From the NCBI GenBank assembly GCA_050084515.1, contig CM114271.1:682001-746000 (forward strand): DNA of 64,000 bases, read 5' to 3'. The notes below the pieces were generated by a model. That model saw only the letters and a list, made by a program, of their open reading frames with translations. It was not told where the DNA came from and made no database searches. A program made the translations under genes and the position numbers. Below, in pieces: positions 51,154 through 64,000 of the stretch (positions are counted from its first letter, which is position 1; each line of letters begins with the position of its first letter). Source of the DNA: Blasia pusilla (Eukaryota).

Positions 51154-53526
51154 CGCATTGAGTTGTTGAGTGACACGCCAATCTTTCGACGATCCTACAG
51201 GAACATTGACATGGAGAGGGCTCTGATTTAGAGTAGGATCCATGACTTGTTTGGAGCAGGACTAGTGGAGATGTCACATGGAGAGTATGCATCTGCCACT
51301 GTCATGCCCGCCAAGAAGGATGTGCATGGCAACTGGACGGATAGGCGGATGTGTGGAGATTACTGACATATCAATCGGCAAACGAAGTCCAATAGGTATG
51401 CCATGCCCATCCTTGAGGAGATCTTTGATGCGATTGGGCATGCAAAGGTCTTTAGTTCATTGGATTTGCAAGCCAAATATCATCACTTGCCTATCAAATT
51501 GGAGGACAGGCAGAAGACGGCATTTTGGGACATCAATCCTCACAAGAAGGATTGTTTGTATCAGTGGCGGTTCTTACCATTCAGGTTAAAGAACGCTCCG
51601 GCTGAGTTTAAGAGGGTCATGGATAGGATCTTGGTAGGTGTGGATTTTGCTAGGTGTTATATTGATGACATCGTAGTCTTTAGCGCCACGGTTGAAGAAC
51701 ATGAGTGACATCTAGAGGAGGTGTTTCAATGATTGCACTTACATGGGCTAAAGCTACATCCAGGAAAGTGCAAGTTCTTCTACGACCAAATTGAGTACTT
51801 GGGTCATACGATATACCCTGGGATCTTTGGTGTGCAACACCAAAGATCCCTACATGAAATAGCCTCTACCTTTGTCCCAGGGCGTGGAATGCATGAAATA
51901 GCTTCTACCTATTTAATGCATTCCATGCCCTACTGATGTGAGTTGAGTTCGTACATTCATGGGATTGGAAAATTTCTATCGACGATACGTCAAGGGTTTC
52001 GGTTCGATTGTGAAGCCACTAGCCTTGATGACCAAGGTGGATCAAGAGTGAAACTGGGGGGATGAGCAAGAGAGAACATTTTAGATGCTCAAGGATAGAT
52101 TAACTTCCGCGCCCATATTGAGGAGATCGATAAGGGGGCGTCTTTTCCAGATGCATACCGATTGGAGCATGTTGGGGCTTGGAGCCGTGCTCACCCAGCA
52201 TGACGATGATGGTAGAGAGTTCATGGTGGCTTATACTAGTTGCTCAAACAACGTTGTAGAGGCGAAGTATAGCTTGTATGAGGGTGAGTGCTTGGATACA
52301 GTATGGGCTGTCACACATTTCAGATGTTATCTATTCGGCTATCCCTTAACCATCATTACTGATCATCAGCCACTTAAGTGGTTGATGGAGTCCGACAAGC
52401 TTACATGGAAGCTTGCAAGGTGGGCTCTTTTGTTGCAAGAGTATGACTTCTATGTGGTGCTTAGACATGGGACGCTCAATGAGGATGCAGATGGTTTGAG
52501 CCGTAACCCATGCCCGAGTCAGCGAGATGCAATTGGAGCTCGTTGGCATGGTGAGAGTGATGAGGAGTTGGTGCCAGGATGGCATGCGTCAGCCTATTTG
52601 GGCTTGTTGGCTATGGAGAGCGAGATTGCTGAGACTTCGATGGCGAGGTCTGATGGAGAGTCTTTAGATCGAGAGGACGGTGAGGAGACGACATGTGGCC
52701 GAGACATTCATGACGATGGAGTGGTCTTGGAGTACCCACATATTGGCAACGTCGCGAGCACAATGGATGCTAGAGAGGGGGATCGGATCCTATAGCGAGC
52801 CAAAGGGTCCCGGTGGGAGGGCATACATGTGTTAGGAGTGTGGGAGGATGGTAGAGTGTGTGTAGTGCCTCATCCTTTGCAGAGAACATGTTTCGTGCGT
52901 CATGCCCACGAGGAGTTGGGTCATTTTGGAGTGAAGTGGACGTACAACTTGCTCCAGATTCAGTATTGATGGCGAGGCATGCAGATTGACGTTCAGCTAT
53001 TTGTTGCCAGATGTATGGTGTGTGATCGAGTCTGAGCATGGTTCAATGCTCCAACTTCACAGTTTCATCCACTTATGATTATGAGTTTAGGTTATAGATA
53101 GAGTTTGGATTTTGGAGGATCTTTGCCTTTGACGGAGCGCCATAGTCATTATGTGTTGGTGATGGTCGAGCACTTCTCGAAGTGGAAAGAGTTGGTTGCA
53201 TTGCCTGACAAAGCAAGCGAGGGAGTAGCGTATGCCTTCCTAGATCGAGTGCTGAGTCATTACGGCGCATCAGTTGAGGTGTTGACAGACTAGGGTACAA
53301 AGTTCTGCGGGGAGTTTTAGGCCTTGTGTGATCAGACAGTGATCGATCACCGCACTACTTCGCGAGATCAATCCTGAGGCAGATGGACTAGCGGAGCGGG
53401 TTGTGCAGACGGTAAAGAGAGGATTACGCAAGTATGGCTTGCAGAGAGGTCACCTGGGAGATTGGGACCTTCAGTTGCCGTGGTTGGCGAAGGGATATAG
53501 ATTCAGCATGCATGCATCCTTAGCAT

Positions 53527-54802
53527 TGTCATGTCAAGAGCCTTTCTTCGAGTAAGGGCAGGCCTTATAGCTACGGTAGACGTGGTCGATGCAAGGTGAA
53601 CTCTCTAAGAAGTTCTCTTCTTTTAATACAAGATTATTATGTATACTCTTCATTCTCTCACAACAGGTATCACAAATTGAAGTGCCGAGGCGATCACTTC
53701 TTCATAACATCAGACCCCAAAATTCATAACTATAAACTCCCTATAAATTACTTTACGCTTGTACAAGAGGAAGATAGCATAACTAGTGTTAAATCCTACT
53801 TGAGCAGGCCTATTGACGTCCATGGATCACTATATAAGGACATACAAAGTACAATCCCATGTCCTTCCATATGTGATAATAGGAAGGATCACGTGAGTTG
53901 GAGATTGAATGACTTGGTTCATGAACGACTCCCCAAAGTGATTAACTAAATAGCGAGTGAACCAGTGCCTATCTACAAAGAGTATCTTGACATGGTATGG
54001 ATTGAGGAAAGGAAAATCGGGCACAACTCGTGCTCCATCCCTATCCATGTTTGATAGACATGCTCTACTCTCCTCAAGAATGGGTTTTGGCGGAGTTATT
54101 CTCCCAAGAGGGTAATCCACTCTCATTGGGAAAGTAATAAGCCAAAAAATTCACTACTTTAGTATGACTATCCACCTCTAAGGTGACAAACCTCTCATCT
54201 CCACACACACACCACACTATAGAAATCTCTCGAAGAATAGACCATGGTCAAGCTACTCTCCCAAGAGGGGTGATCCACTCTCATTGGAAGAGCAAGCAAT
54301 CCCAAAGCCATACACTCAAGAGTGACACGAAAGACTCAAGATGTGGAATAGAAGGTGATGAACCCTCGAAGGTCCCTCCTCTTTATATACTCACAAGAGA
54401 CCCACAAGAATACGAAATAGTGCTAATCTTATCTTGTGTCACATGGCTTCCTCTCAAGGCTTAGCCAATCATATTTTGACACAAGTAGATTTCCTCTTAT
54501 CTCTTCCAAAATATCCTCTTTTACCCAGTTGATATTTTCCAAATTACCTCAACTAACCTAGCCACCAACCAAGTTTACTTTTGCTTTTCATTAAAGCACC
54601 AACCTCACTGCTTTACTTTTATAAAGTCATCTTTTATTTATTACCTCTTTTCTTAAAGTTGGGCCCGCATAAAAGAGGCACCATAAAGAGGTTTAAACAT
54701 GGAATTTCCTTTCCCTAAGCTAATTTACTTAATACTAATAAAACTCTATCTAAAACTTAACGAGGAAAGAGTTTACACACTGGCTCATTTTACTATACGA
54801 GA
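53527..54802 (-). mobile_element. ~1.28 kb solo LTR nested in the integrase of the DNMT/PHD gypsy
   Basis: TGTCATG...TACGAGA termini, 4-bp TSD gcat/gcgt. Removal restores integrase RFSMHASLA|SFSLYLLLYGREP. TATAAA-like box on minus (~54385). Confidence 0.75.
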
Positions 54803-55736
54803 GCGTCTTTCTCACTATACTTGTTGCTTTATGGCCGAGAGCCATATTTACTTGCGGCCATTCGTCAAGATACTGGTGAGGTGTTGAACCTTGATGACCC
54901 TGATGTATGGATGCGAGCATGTTCTCAGAGGGTTGAGTTATTTCGGAGAGTGATGCCCATGGTGTTTGAAAACTTGATGATTGCGCAACATCGGGATACG
55001 TTGAGGTATGCGACTATTCGGGGAGGTGGTTATCGACCTACTATTCGGAGGTTTCATCAGGAAGACTATGTCTACTTGCAGCAGACGGCACCCACGACGT
55101 TGGATGTGATTATAGGACGCACCATCTTGAGAGTGCGTGAGGTTTTGCCATCTGGTGTTTTCTTATTGGAGGGACGCGATGGTATGGTTTGGAAGGACCA
55201 CGTGCATAACTATGCGCCATGTCATCTTCCGAACATTGACGGTACAGTTCATCCAAGCTTAGCAATAGTTCCTACAGACTTGCGATATATGTTGTGTGGT
55301 TCTGTTCGTGGTGCAGCCACTATGCTAGTCTGTGATGAGTGTTCGAGAGGATGGCATATGGCATGTTTGACGCCACCTCTCACTAGGGTTCCTCAGGGAC
55401 GATGGATGTGTCCCATATGTACATAGAGTAGGTAGTTCTATATTCCGACTTGTGTGTGTGACATGGATGACAAGAAGGCAACTAACGATGGGGCCACATG
55501 AGCACCCGACCTTCTTGCTCTTAGCGTCTGAGAGATGTATGTCATGGTAGGTAGGGATAGATGGCTATCTGGGGTTAGAGGGATCTAACCACCAGCTAGG
55601 GGGGCCATTGGAGATATTTTGGTACTTCTTGTCTCGTTATTTTGATGCCTTGAGTTAGCATGGGATCGTGCGTGTTTGTGTGTGTGTTCAGTGACAACGA
55701 TGTATGTTGTGTAGCGATGTGTATGCGCACGATAAC

Positions 55737-56532
<796 letters not shown>

Positions 56533-58909
56533 CTTGCCTCCTTCCCTTCTTGGGATATTGTTGACTTTCCTTCTTCTCTTATGATATTTGCTTTTATAAT
56601 AAAGTGGGTTCTCTTCTTTACTCTAAAGGATGGAAGGAATAGATGTCCTTGGAGTCACTACAAGTAGCTGGGACATGGATGGTGTGGGGATAATTTTGAA
56701 TAGTGTGGAGGTTAGTTTTAGTTTATGACCAACTATTTATGGATACCAATCCTTAGTATGAAATTATATAAATATCTTAGATAATACATAAATTTTGTTG
56801 GATATGGTTAGTTTGTATGTGAGCATAATAATCTAAGAATGAACATTGATAGTTATCCTTTGTATGAGTCAATGAAAATGGGAAGAAAAAAATTTCAATT
56901 CTTAGGGCACCTTTGGTCATAAGTTCTTAAAGAGGAATTGATATCGTTTGAGGGTTTTAAAATGTGGCTTATAAATTTTTAAGCCATATTCCCTCTCAAA
57001 TCCGTAGGAAATCCTAAACATTGCAACCACAAGGAGAGAGGTAAATACACTTCAATTTATTCACGTGAGGACTTCATATGAGGATTTAATTCGAGGCCAC
57101 CATCTTAGGAAATTCAGTTTGTTTGAGAATCTTATTATGGGCCTCTACATGAATTTATCTTACACATGTTGACTAAGTTTCTCTCCATTTGGAAGAGCAA
57201 CACTAAGTGACCCCAATGTTGAAATCACCTTCCTTGTTCCTCCTTGGAAATGTCCAAGCCCTACTCATCTCCCAACCAACTAATCTTTGTATTTAACTAG
57301 CCTCGATCTTGTAGAGAGTTGTAATACAAAACTCAACTATTGAATAGAGTGACTCTACGTACCTCGTTTGTACAAATGGTGCAAGCTTGGGAGAAGGCGA
57401 CAAGCATATCCCTCCGTAAGAGTACAAACTCGTTGATCTTGTTTTGGATGTTGGTGAGATTAGCTTGTACGGGATTCACACTTTTTCTTTAGCTATGACT
57501 GGGTGCTGGGTGTAGCGTCGGTGTTCCAAACTCTTTGAAACCCCCTCCTTGTACTTTCAATGGGTTCTCCCATCTCCTTTTATTCATATCTTGTTTGCTC
57601 TCTCTCATTAAGGCATATCTACAAGAAGATACAAAATTTGAAAACTTTTATCCTTAATAAGCGCATTCTCCAATATGATCTTAGTTAAAGTGGGTGCCCC
57701 TCACCCACTTTCGCTAATGTGGAGCTCAACCCTACAATATTGCCAATGATTGAATGCAGCTTCATTTGCAATGCTTCATCATGTTTGCAATTAAAAAGTT
57801 GTAGGAGTCATTAGGGGAAAAAAGGGTGATTTCAACTTTCAAGGTGGGAGTGAGTCAAATTTTATGCCACATTAAATTTTTTTAAATACCACCGTAATAC
57901 AACCACTTGTATCATTTCATGTGACAATTTATTTAACTCCTCCAACTAACACTAGACATACCATACCCTCCTTTGCATAGAGATATGGAGATGCTATTGT
58001 ACTATGATGTCTTACAAATGCCCAACTTAAACAACAACTATTAGATGGAAAAGTACTACAGTACCAACTTAGAAAAAGTCACATTTTTCCGTTCCTTAAT
58101 AAATATGAAGCTCGTCATTCACTTTCATCCATTTGAATGTTTTCCTAATTTTTCATTTTAATATAAATTTAATACTTTTAATTACCAAAATTCAGGTGGA
58201 GGGGATGCAGCGTACCCAGATAGAGATCGAGGTGGGACCAGGAAAGGTGTCCCCTGATAGAGGACGAGTGGGACCGGCGAAAGGTCGAAGGAGGAGATGA
58301 CAGGCGACCGGCTTACGGATTTGGAGCAACTTTCTCTCGGTACTGTGATGGAGACTTCGGAGGTCGTTGGATTCATACTTATCACTGGCCCGAAGTTGAA
58401 GTAGATCCCTACCCAATTGGCTTAGAGCTAAAGAGACGATAAATCCAAGTTTTCTTTATTTTGGAATACTTTTCGCATTTGTAATATATTTCTTATTATT
58501 ATATGATTTAATAAATAATAGAAGAAAATGGTAATGCTGATTAGTGTCCGGACGGGAAACCGAGGAATGTGGACAGACGCTCTTCTCTCTGCAGAGTCTG
58601 CACCACAACTGAGCCTGGACTCTGTGGTGAGACGAGGAGGTGGGGTCCGGAAGGCATGACACGTGGTGCTCCCGTGGTCAATGGCGAGAAGGTGAGGGAG
58701 GACTTGATGAGACACGGAAGCATCTCGGCCCAACAAGGCGGATTCACAAACCGGGGTTACCGGACTTAACAGAACTGCGAGTCAGCCGGACAGTCCCTGT
58801 GGGCCTGGACCGCAATTATTGTGCGGGGAGGAAGCAGGTAAGGGCGCAGTTTTACGGTACTACGGGCAGCGGCAGCAACAACCCCTCTTCGCTTCTTCCT
58901 GCCTCCTGT

Positions 58910-59493
58910 TTACATGACACGTGAGGTTGAGGTGGTTGTGGCGGACGTGGTAGTCACAGATCTTACGCGGGAGGCAGTGCGAGCCCAAGTGGTGGCCCAA
59001 GGGCGAATGCTACAAGGAGCGGGCGGCGGCGGCGGCGAAGAAGACACATATCTACAGTCGACTACACGAGGGACACATCTTCATCCCCCTGGCCATAGAG
59101 ATGTATGGGGCTATGGGGGAGAGGTTCGACTCGTTCCTTACGGACTGCGCCCATCATCTCCACTCGAGAAATGGGTTGTCCTTAGCTACTGCGATTCTGT
59201 ATTGTACGCAGCGGGTCTCCATAGCGTTGCAGCGTGCCCAGGCCAATGGAATTTTGCGGCGGGCTCAGGCTGTGGGAGACGCCGGCGCTAGAGGCCCACT
59301 TAGTAGTAGTCATAGCTCTCTTGTTGTTGCTGATATTGTCTCTGCTGTTGGTGAGTTTCGTCGTTAGGGGGGGGAATGCCCCCTTCTTCCTTTTCTGGTC
59401 GTGTTGTGGCCTTCAGGTTTTGACTCTTTGAGTCCCCCTCTTTTGTACTTCCGATGGGTTTTCCATCACTCGTTTTTATCGAAGTGCATCTTT
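58910..59493 (+). mobile_element. Recent 5'-truncated CRE-clade insertion with 8-bp target-site duplication
   Basis: Highly similar to the reverse complement of 3138-3710. TSD CCTCCTGT at 58902-58909 and 59494-59501. Ends ...GAAGTGCATCTTT. Confidence 0.92.
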
Positions 59494-60365
59494 CCTCCTG
59501 TGACCGAGGACAGGACGGTTGGGGAAGTGCCAACCAACCTGTTCCGTCTGAGTTCACGTCATCGGCTCTTCTCAATTTGCGGGCCCCGTGAAAGAGCATT
59601 GCGGCAAACGGAGGCCGTCAGCCGGTGATCCGTCTGTGCTTGCCGATTTCTCGCATCGCCCGTTAAGTCAAGATGGTAGGATCCTCCGCCACGTGTTCTC
59701 AGGACGTCGGATAGGGTCGGCATTTGGCCGGAAAATTCTTTAATGAGTAATAGTCGTTATTTTTATTATGCATTTCGTGTCATTAGTATTTGCCGAGCTC
59801 ACAGAATGTGTTCCCCCGTCTTCCGCTTCGTGCGGCAGGGTCGTCGTCTGCCGGTTTTCTCCACCGGTAGAATTCATCAGCGGTCGTCCTTAGCGCATAT
59901 GCAGGGCGGAATGGGACGGACCGATAGTTTCCTTTCTTGTGCTTTCCTTTCCAACCGGCGGCGGCGGCCGCCACCCGCGATCCTTGACAGGGGCCGGTGG
60001 CCTGAGCTGGGCATGCCATCATACAGCGAGGTCCGTTGAATTACTACATCTGACGGTCCGAAGGGGACACGCTACAAAGCATGACGCTGTCACGGGAGCC
60101 TGCATGGGCAGTGTGCAATGCTGTCCTTCCTTCAGACAACGCATGTCACCAGTACAGCAGCCCTGTCTCTCGCCTATCTATTATTGTTCTTAATTTCGTC
60201 CTTGTTCTTATAGTAAAGTGCTTATTTTCTCCTGGGGGTTATTTTGGTTATATATATACATAACCAAAATTAGTAAAATAGAAAGGGTGTATAAAAGTCC
60301 TAAGATAATGTAAACTAGTGGACGTTATATATTGTACCAGTATACTTTCACGGTGCTATGGGTGA

Positions 60366-60548
60366 AAGGGCACACCTGTAAAATCTGCATGTATGTTATA
60401 TTAAATCATCCGTAAAAAATTACACGTGTCAGCATCAGAGATGATTTTTCATAACAGACGTACAGATTTTACACGCGTGCCCTTGTTTTGTTGGAATGAT
60501 GAGACCTTGGTGGTCTCATCATGGCCCATTCCAACAAAACAAGGGCAC
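60366..60548. repeat. Two overlapping inverted repeats (foldback/MITE-like)
   Basis: 60366-60410 vs 60440-60484 (imperfect, 45 nt). Perfect 22-bp stem 60477-60498 / 60527-60548 with inner stem atgatgagacc/ggtctcatcat. Confidence 0.85.
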
Positions 60549-61359
60549 AACATACATCGGAGGGTAAGGAGCGCTTTCGCGTATCTTGGCGCAACCGCTA
60601 AACTAGGAACTCTCAACTCTCACTCCTAGCTCAATTCATTTTGGCTAGCCTGAAAAACGAGCGTATTATGATCCAAAACACAAACCCTCAAGATGCACTT
60701 TGTCTCACCTCTCTCGAACTCAAAAACCTTGCTCACCACCACTCAACTGGCCATCATCCCATTCCACTCTCCTATAGTCGTAATCTCAAAACCCCCCTCT
60801 TCTTCTCAATCAAACCGTGAATGATATACTCAATTTATCATTGCGTGCAACAACTCAAAAGAAGCGTCTCCTTCCAAGATTTCCAATGACACCAGCTTCG
60901 CCCAAAATGCCCCACTTGGAGTGCTCTATTTTATGCCCACACCCCATGCTCAACTTGAGGAACGCTACGTGGCCATTTAGTTCTTCATGGTTCCCGATCG
61001 GAACGTACACCTCGTACCTGACTCATGTTCGTATTCGAGTACAACTTTTACCCATGGTTGTCCACTTGCTTGAGTCATGTTTCTTATGGCTGCGTGGTGA
61101 TCACAACTCTTGTGACTTGGTTTCGGACTAGGGCATCGCCACCCCGACACCACTTTTGGTGGTCATACGAGTTAGCTCCTCACTAACTTGTTTTGGTCCT
61201 CAGTTAACTCAAGTTAGTGGAGTTTTGTGCGTAAAACACACATGGGTCTAAGATCATGGTTCTCCATGTCTCACTTCTCGAATCTCATTCACTTGAACCT
61301 AAACCTAGACCCGGACCTAGACTCCTAAACCTAGACCTAGTCCCAACCTAGAAATGGCT

Positions 61360-63165
61360 TTGACACCTTTTAGGTAGTGTTTGATCATTTCAACAAGCAA
61401 GCTCACTTTGTGACTTTGTACCTTGATAAGAAACCACTGTAACTTGCAAGAATCGCAAAATCATTCCTAACCCATATGTTTCAATTGCATGAAATCCCAA
61501 GAGACATTGTGAGTGAAAGATGTCACATCTGAGTAGCCGATAGGCCGAGATCTATCGTGGATAGGGCGTAGGAGCCAGCGGACTATCTTGAGTGTAACTT
61601 TGTCCCACGGTGTCGGATGAGGTTGAAGATAGGTCCATTGTGTCAAGAACGTCGTTTCTGACAACTTTCATGTTGAGGTCTTTTACAGTCGGGTGACTTG
61701 TTGACCAGGTCACTTGCCCTTGGTAACCTGTGCGCGCAGGTTACCAAGGGGAGGGCTATTTTTAGGGGAAGATCCTTTTGGCTCTTCCCAACCCTATATA
61801 AGAGAGGAAGATGGCTTTCCTAAGCCATCTTTCTCATGTTGGGCCGTTGGAGCACCTCCCTTGTATGTGTGTGAGCTAAGACTAGGGTGCTAGCGTCCGG
61901 ATTCCTTGATAGCACATGGTGGACGAGGCTCGATATGCCGATGTAGATTGAGGAGTGGAGTTTTAGGCAGGGTGTACCATTTTTACTACTCTTTATTTTT
62001 GTTGTGTGATCTCCATGTATATGTATGAGTTGATTTTTGTACATGTGTGGATCGACCCGTGTGTGGGGAAGATCGGTGTTGTGTGGTGTAGATGTGACGA
62101 GCGATGTATGTTGTGTAGCGATATGTATGCGCACGACAAAGAGATGCAAAGTTCACCTTTGAGTTTTGGACTTTACTAATCACGCATCTTGGAACCAATC
62201 TCTGTAACCTGCAAGAAGTGCAAAATTATTCCTAACCCATGTGTTTTGATTGCATGAACTCCCAAGAGACATTGTGAGTGAAAGAGATGAAACGTTCATC
62301 TTTGAGCTTTGGAATTATCTATTTAAGTTTAGTGCTGCCTATCAGTCGCAAACGGACGGCTAAAATGAACGAGTGAACCATGTTCTAGAATAAGGCCTGT
62401 GCAACTACATTGTGGGTGATCAAAGAGATTAGGTATACCATCTAGCCTTTCAGGAATTTGCATATAACTCCACTTGCCATTTGAGATGATCTATCGAGAA
62501 CGCCACCTACTACTCACACCCTTATCCTTGTCCATGTGGAATGAGGCACACCGGCCTAGGGCTTTAGCCATGCCCAAAGTTGATTTTTTTCTGAATATGA
62601 ACGAGTTTGTGTTGGATCTCGTCACCAAAGCTAACATGGCGAGCACTCAAAAACAGTGCGCCAAACACGCCAACTAGCATCCACGCGATGTGGAGTATTA
62701 GGTGGGGAACAAGGTTTGGTTGAAAATGAGGAATTTTTATTTCCCGGCAAGCCATATGTGGAAGCTAGTACCCCATAGGGTGGGACCTTACAATATTATC
62801 AGACTAGCTGCCAAGGTGGCTTATAAATTTCAGTTGTTCGCCACTGTGAAGAGTTGTCATCAGATCTTCCCTGTTTCATTGCTAAAAAAGGTTGTCGAGG
62901 ATTTGGACCAATTCTCGTCTCAAGAACCAAATTGGCACCATTTTTTAGAGGCTTTACTAGAGTTGCAAGGCATGCGAGTGGAGGAAATACTGAAGGGGAG
63001 AATGATCGCGAATTGCGAAGGTCACTTTCATGGTGCGTTTCTATGGACATGGGCCGGCCCCGAGGGGTGGAGGCTACTTGGGAACCATTGAAGGCGCTTC
63101 CTAGGCAACAGATAAGCATCCCACTCAAACGATGGTTGGAAACCCAACTTAAGCAAACGTGAAGA
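61360..63165 (+). mobile_element. Decayed chromovirus-type gypsy integrase + chromodomain, with an internal tandem duplication and nested solo LTR
   Basis: VVFDHFNKQAHFV, PRDIVSERD..F..EFW, QTDG, KVWLK..VGPYNII..VAYKFQL..FPVSLLKK (GPY/F), VEEILKGR..EATWEPL (chromodomain). Confidence 0.8.
61521..62138 (+). mobile_element. Solo LTR with 4-bp TSD
   Basis: TGTCACA...GCACGACA, TSD AAGA (61517-61520 / 62139-62142). The duplicated empty site gtgaaagagatg is visible at ~62278-62290. 3' end nearly identical to the LTR end at 55699-55734. Confidence 0.85.
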
Positions 63166-64000
63166 GACTGATTCCAAGAATCAATTAATTGGTGTGCTAT
63201 GCTCTTGGAATCAAGCTCTCATGGTCCACAAGTACGTCCCAATTGTGGAAAATAAACTCTCTAATCATATAAAAAAATGAAAAACCGTCTCATATCAATT
63301 TTCTTCATGTGAAATTAGTTTGAAAATTAAACCAAACATGAAGAAATGCAGAGGAGAACCCTAAAGATTTTTTTCAGGAAGCCAATAAATTTGAAGATGA
63401 CAATCAAGGAAGAGAAAGAAAATCATCCGGAAAGTCACCTTAGTCAAAAATAAAAACATTATATACAAGGAATCTCAACAACACTAACATAGGAGTTGGT
63501 GGATGATTCTTTATGTCTCATGATTCCGAGACATGAAGAAACGATGTTATCGTGGATTCAGTTAGCATATTTTTATTTTCTTTCTAAATAAAAATTTTAA
63601 TTCAACCTTCCCAGACGCTTTTGTTCCAGTTCTATTTTCCCCCACACCCTACAGTAGCAGCTCATAGAAGAGGGTGGAAGCAGTTCACCGCAGTCCTGAC
63701 GTTCCGACTACGCTGTAACTGAAAGTTCATGTTTAAGGAATCGCAGTTTGAGGCTAATTCGCCTTAATGACAATTCCACTAGACTCGTGTTCTCGTAAAC
63801 TGGACTTAGTGCTTGTCTGTCCAAATCCAGCTATGACTATAGTTGGAGGGATCCGATGCCTAACTTACGACTTGATGGAGGCTGGAGTTTCGTGCCACTA
63901 GTTTCGAGGAGGCCAAGGGATAGTAAGTACTAAGTAAGTGCCAGTGCTGCACACACGCGTGATTAAAGTGGGACCCTGAGGGTTAGTGGACGTTGCGGTT

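Noticed and set aside
57320-57736. Possible solo LTR (TGTA...TACA)
   Set aside because: Flanks do not form a clear TSD and there is no second copy in the window.
63640-64000. Moderately GC-rich sequence at the window end
   Set aside because: No ORF, RNA gene or repeat recognised; truncated by the window edge.

Overview
Repeat-rich eukaryotic DNA, most likely a seed-free land plant (bryophyte-like; inferred from gene sequences and TE types). Two intact, convergent, intron-containing host genes (RPL36 on +, PEX4/UBC21-type E2 enzyme on -) sit among nested, mostly decayed transposons. These are chromodomain Ty3/gypsy relics, a full-length Ty1/copia with a solo LTR, a Mutator-like (MULE) transposase relic, three copies of a CRE-clade non-LTR retrotransposon (RT plus restriction-like endonuclease) and several solo LTRs. 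The standout is a Ty3/gypsy family whose pol carries a C5 DNA cytosine methyltransferase (DNMT3-like motifs I-X, catalytic PC intact) between protease and RT, and whose integrase ends in a PHD finger (about 47.0-56.5 kb). Two older relatives (7.3-8.65 kb and 9.8-17.3 kb) keep only DNMT edge motifs. All calls come from manual reading and translation; no database searches were run.
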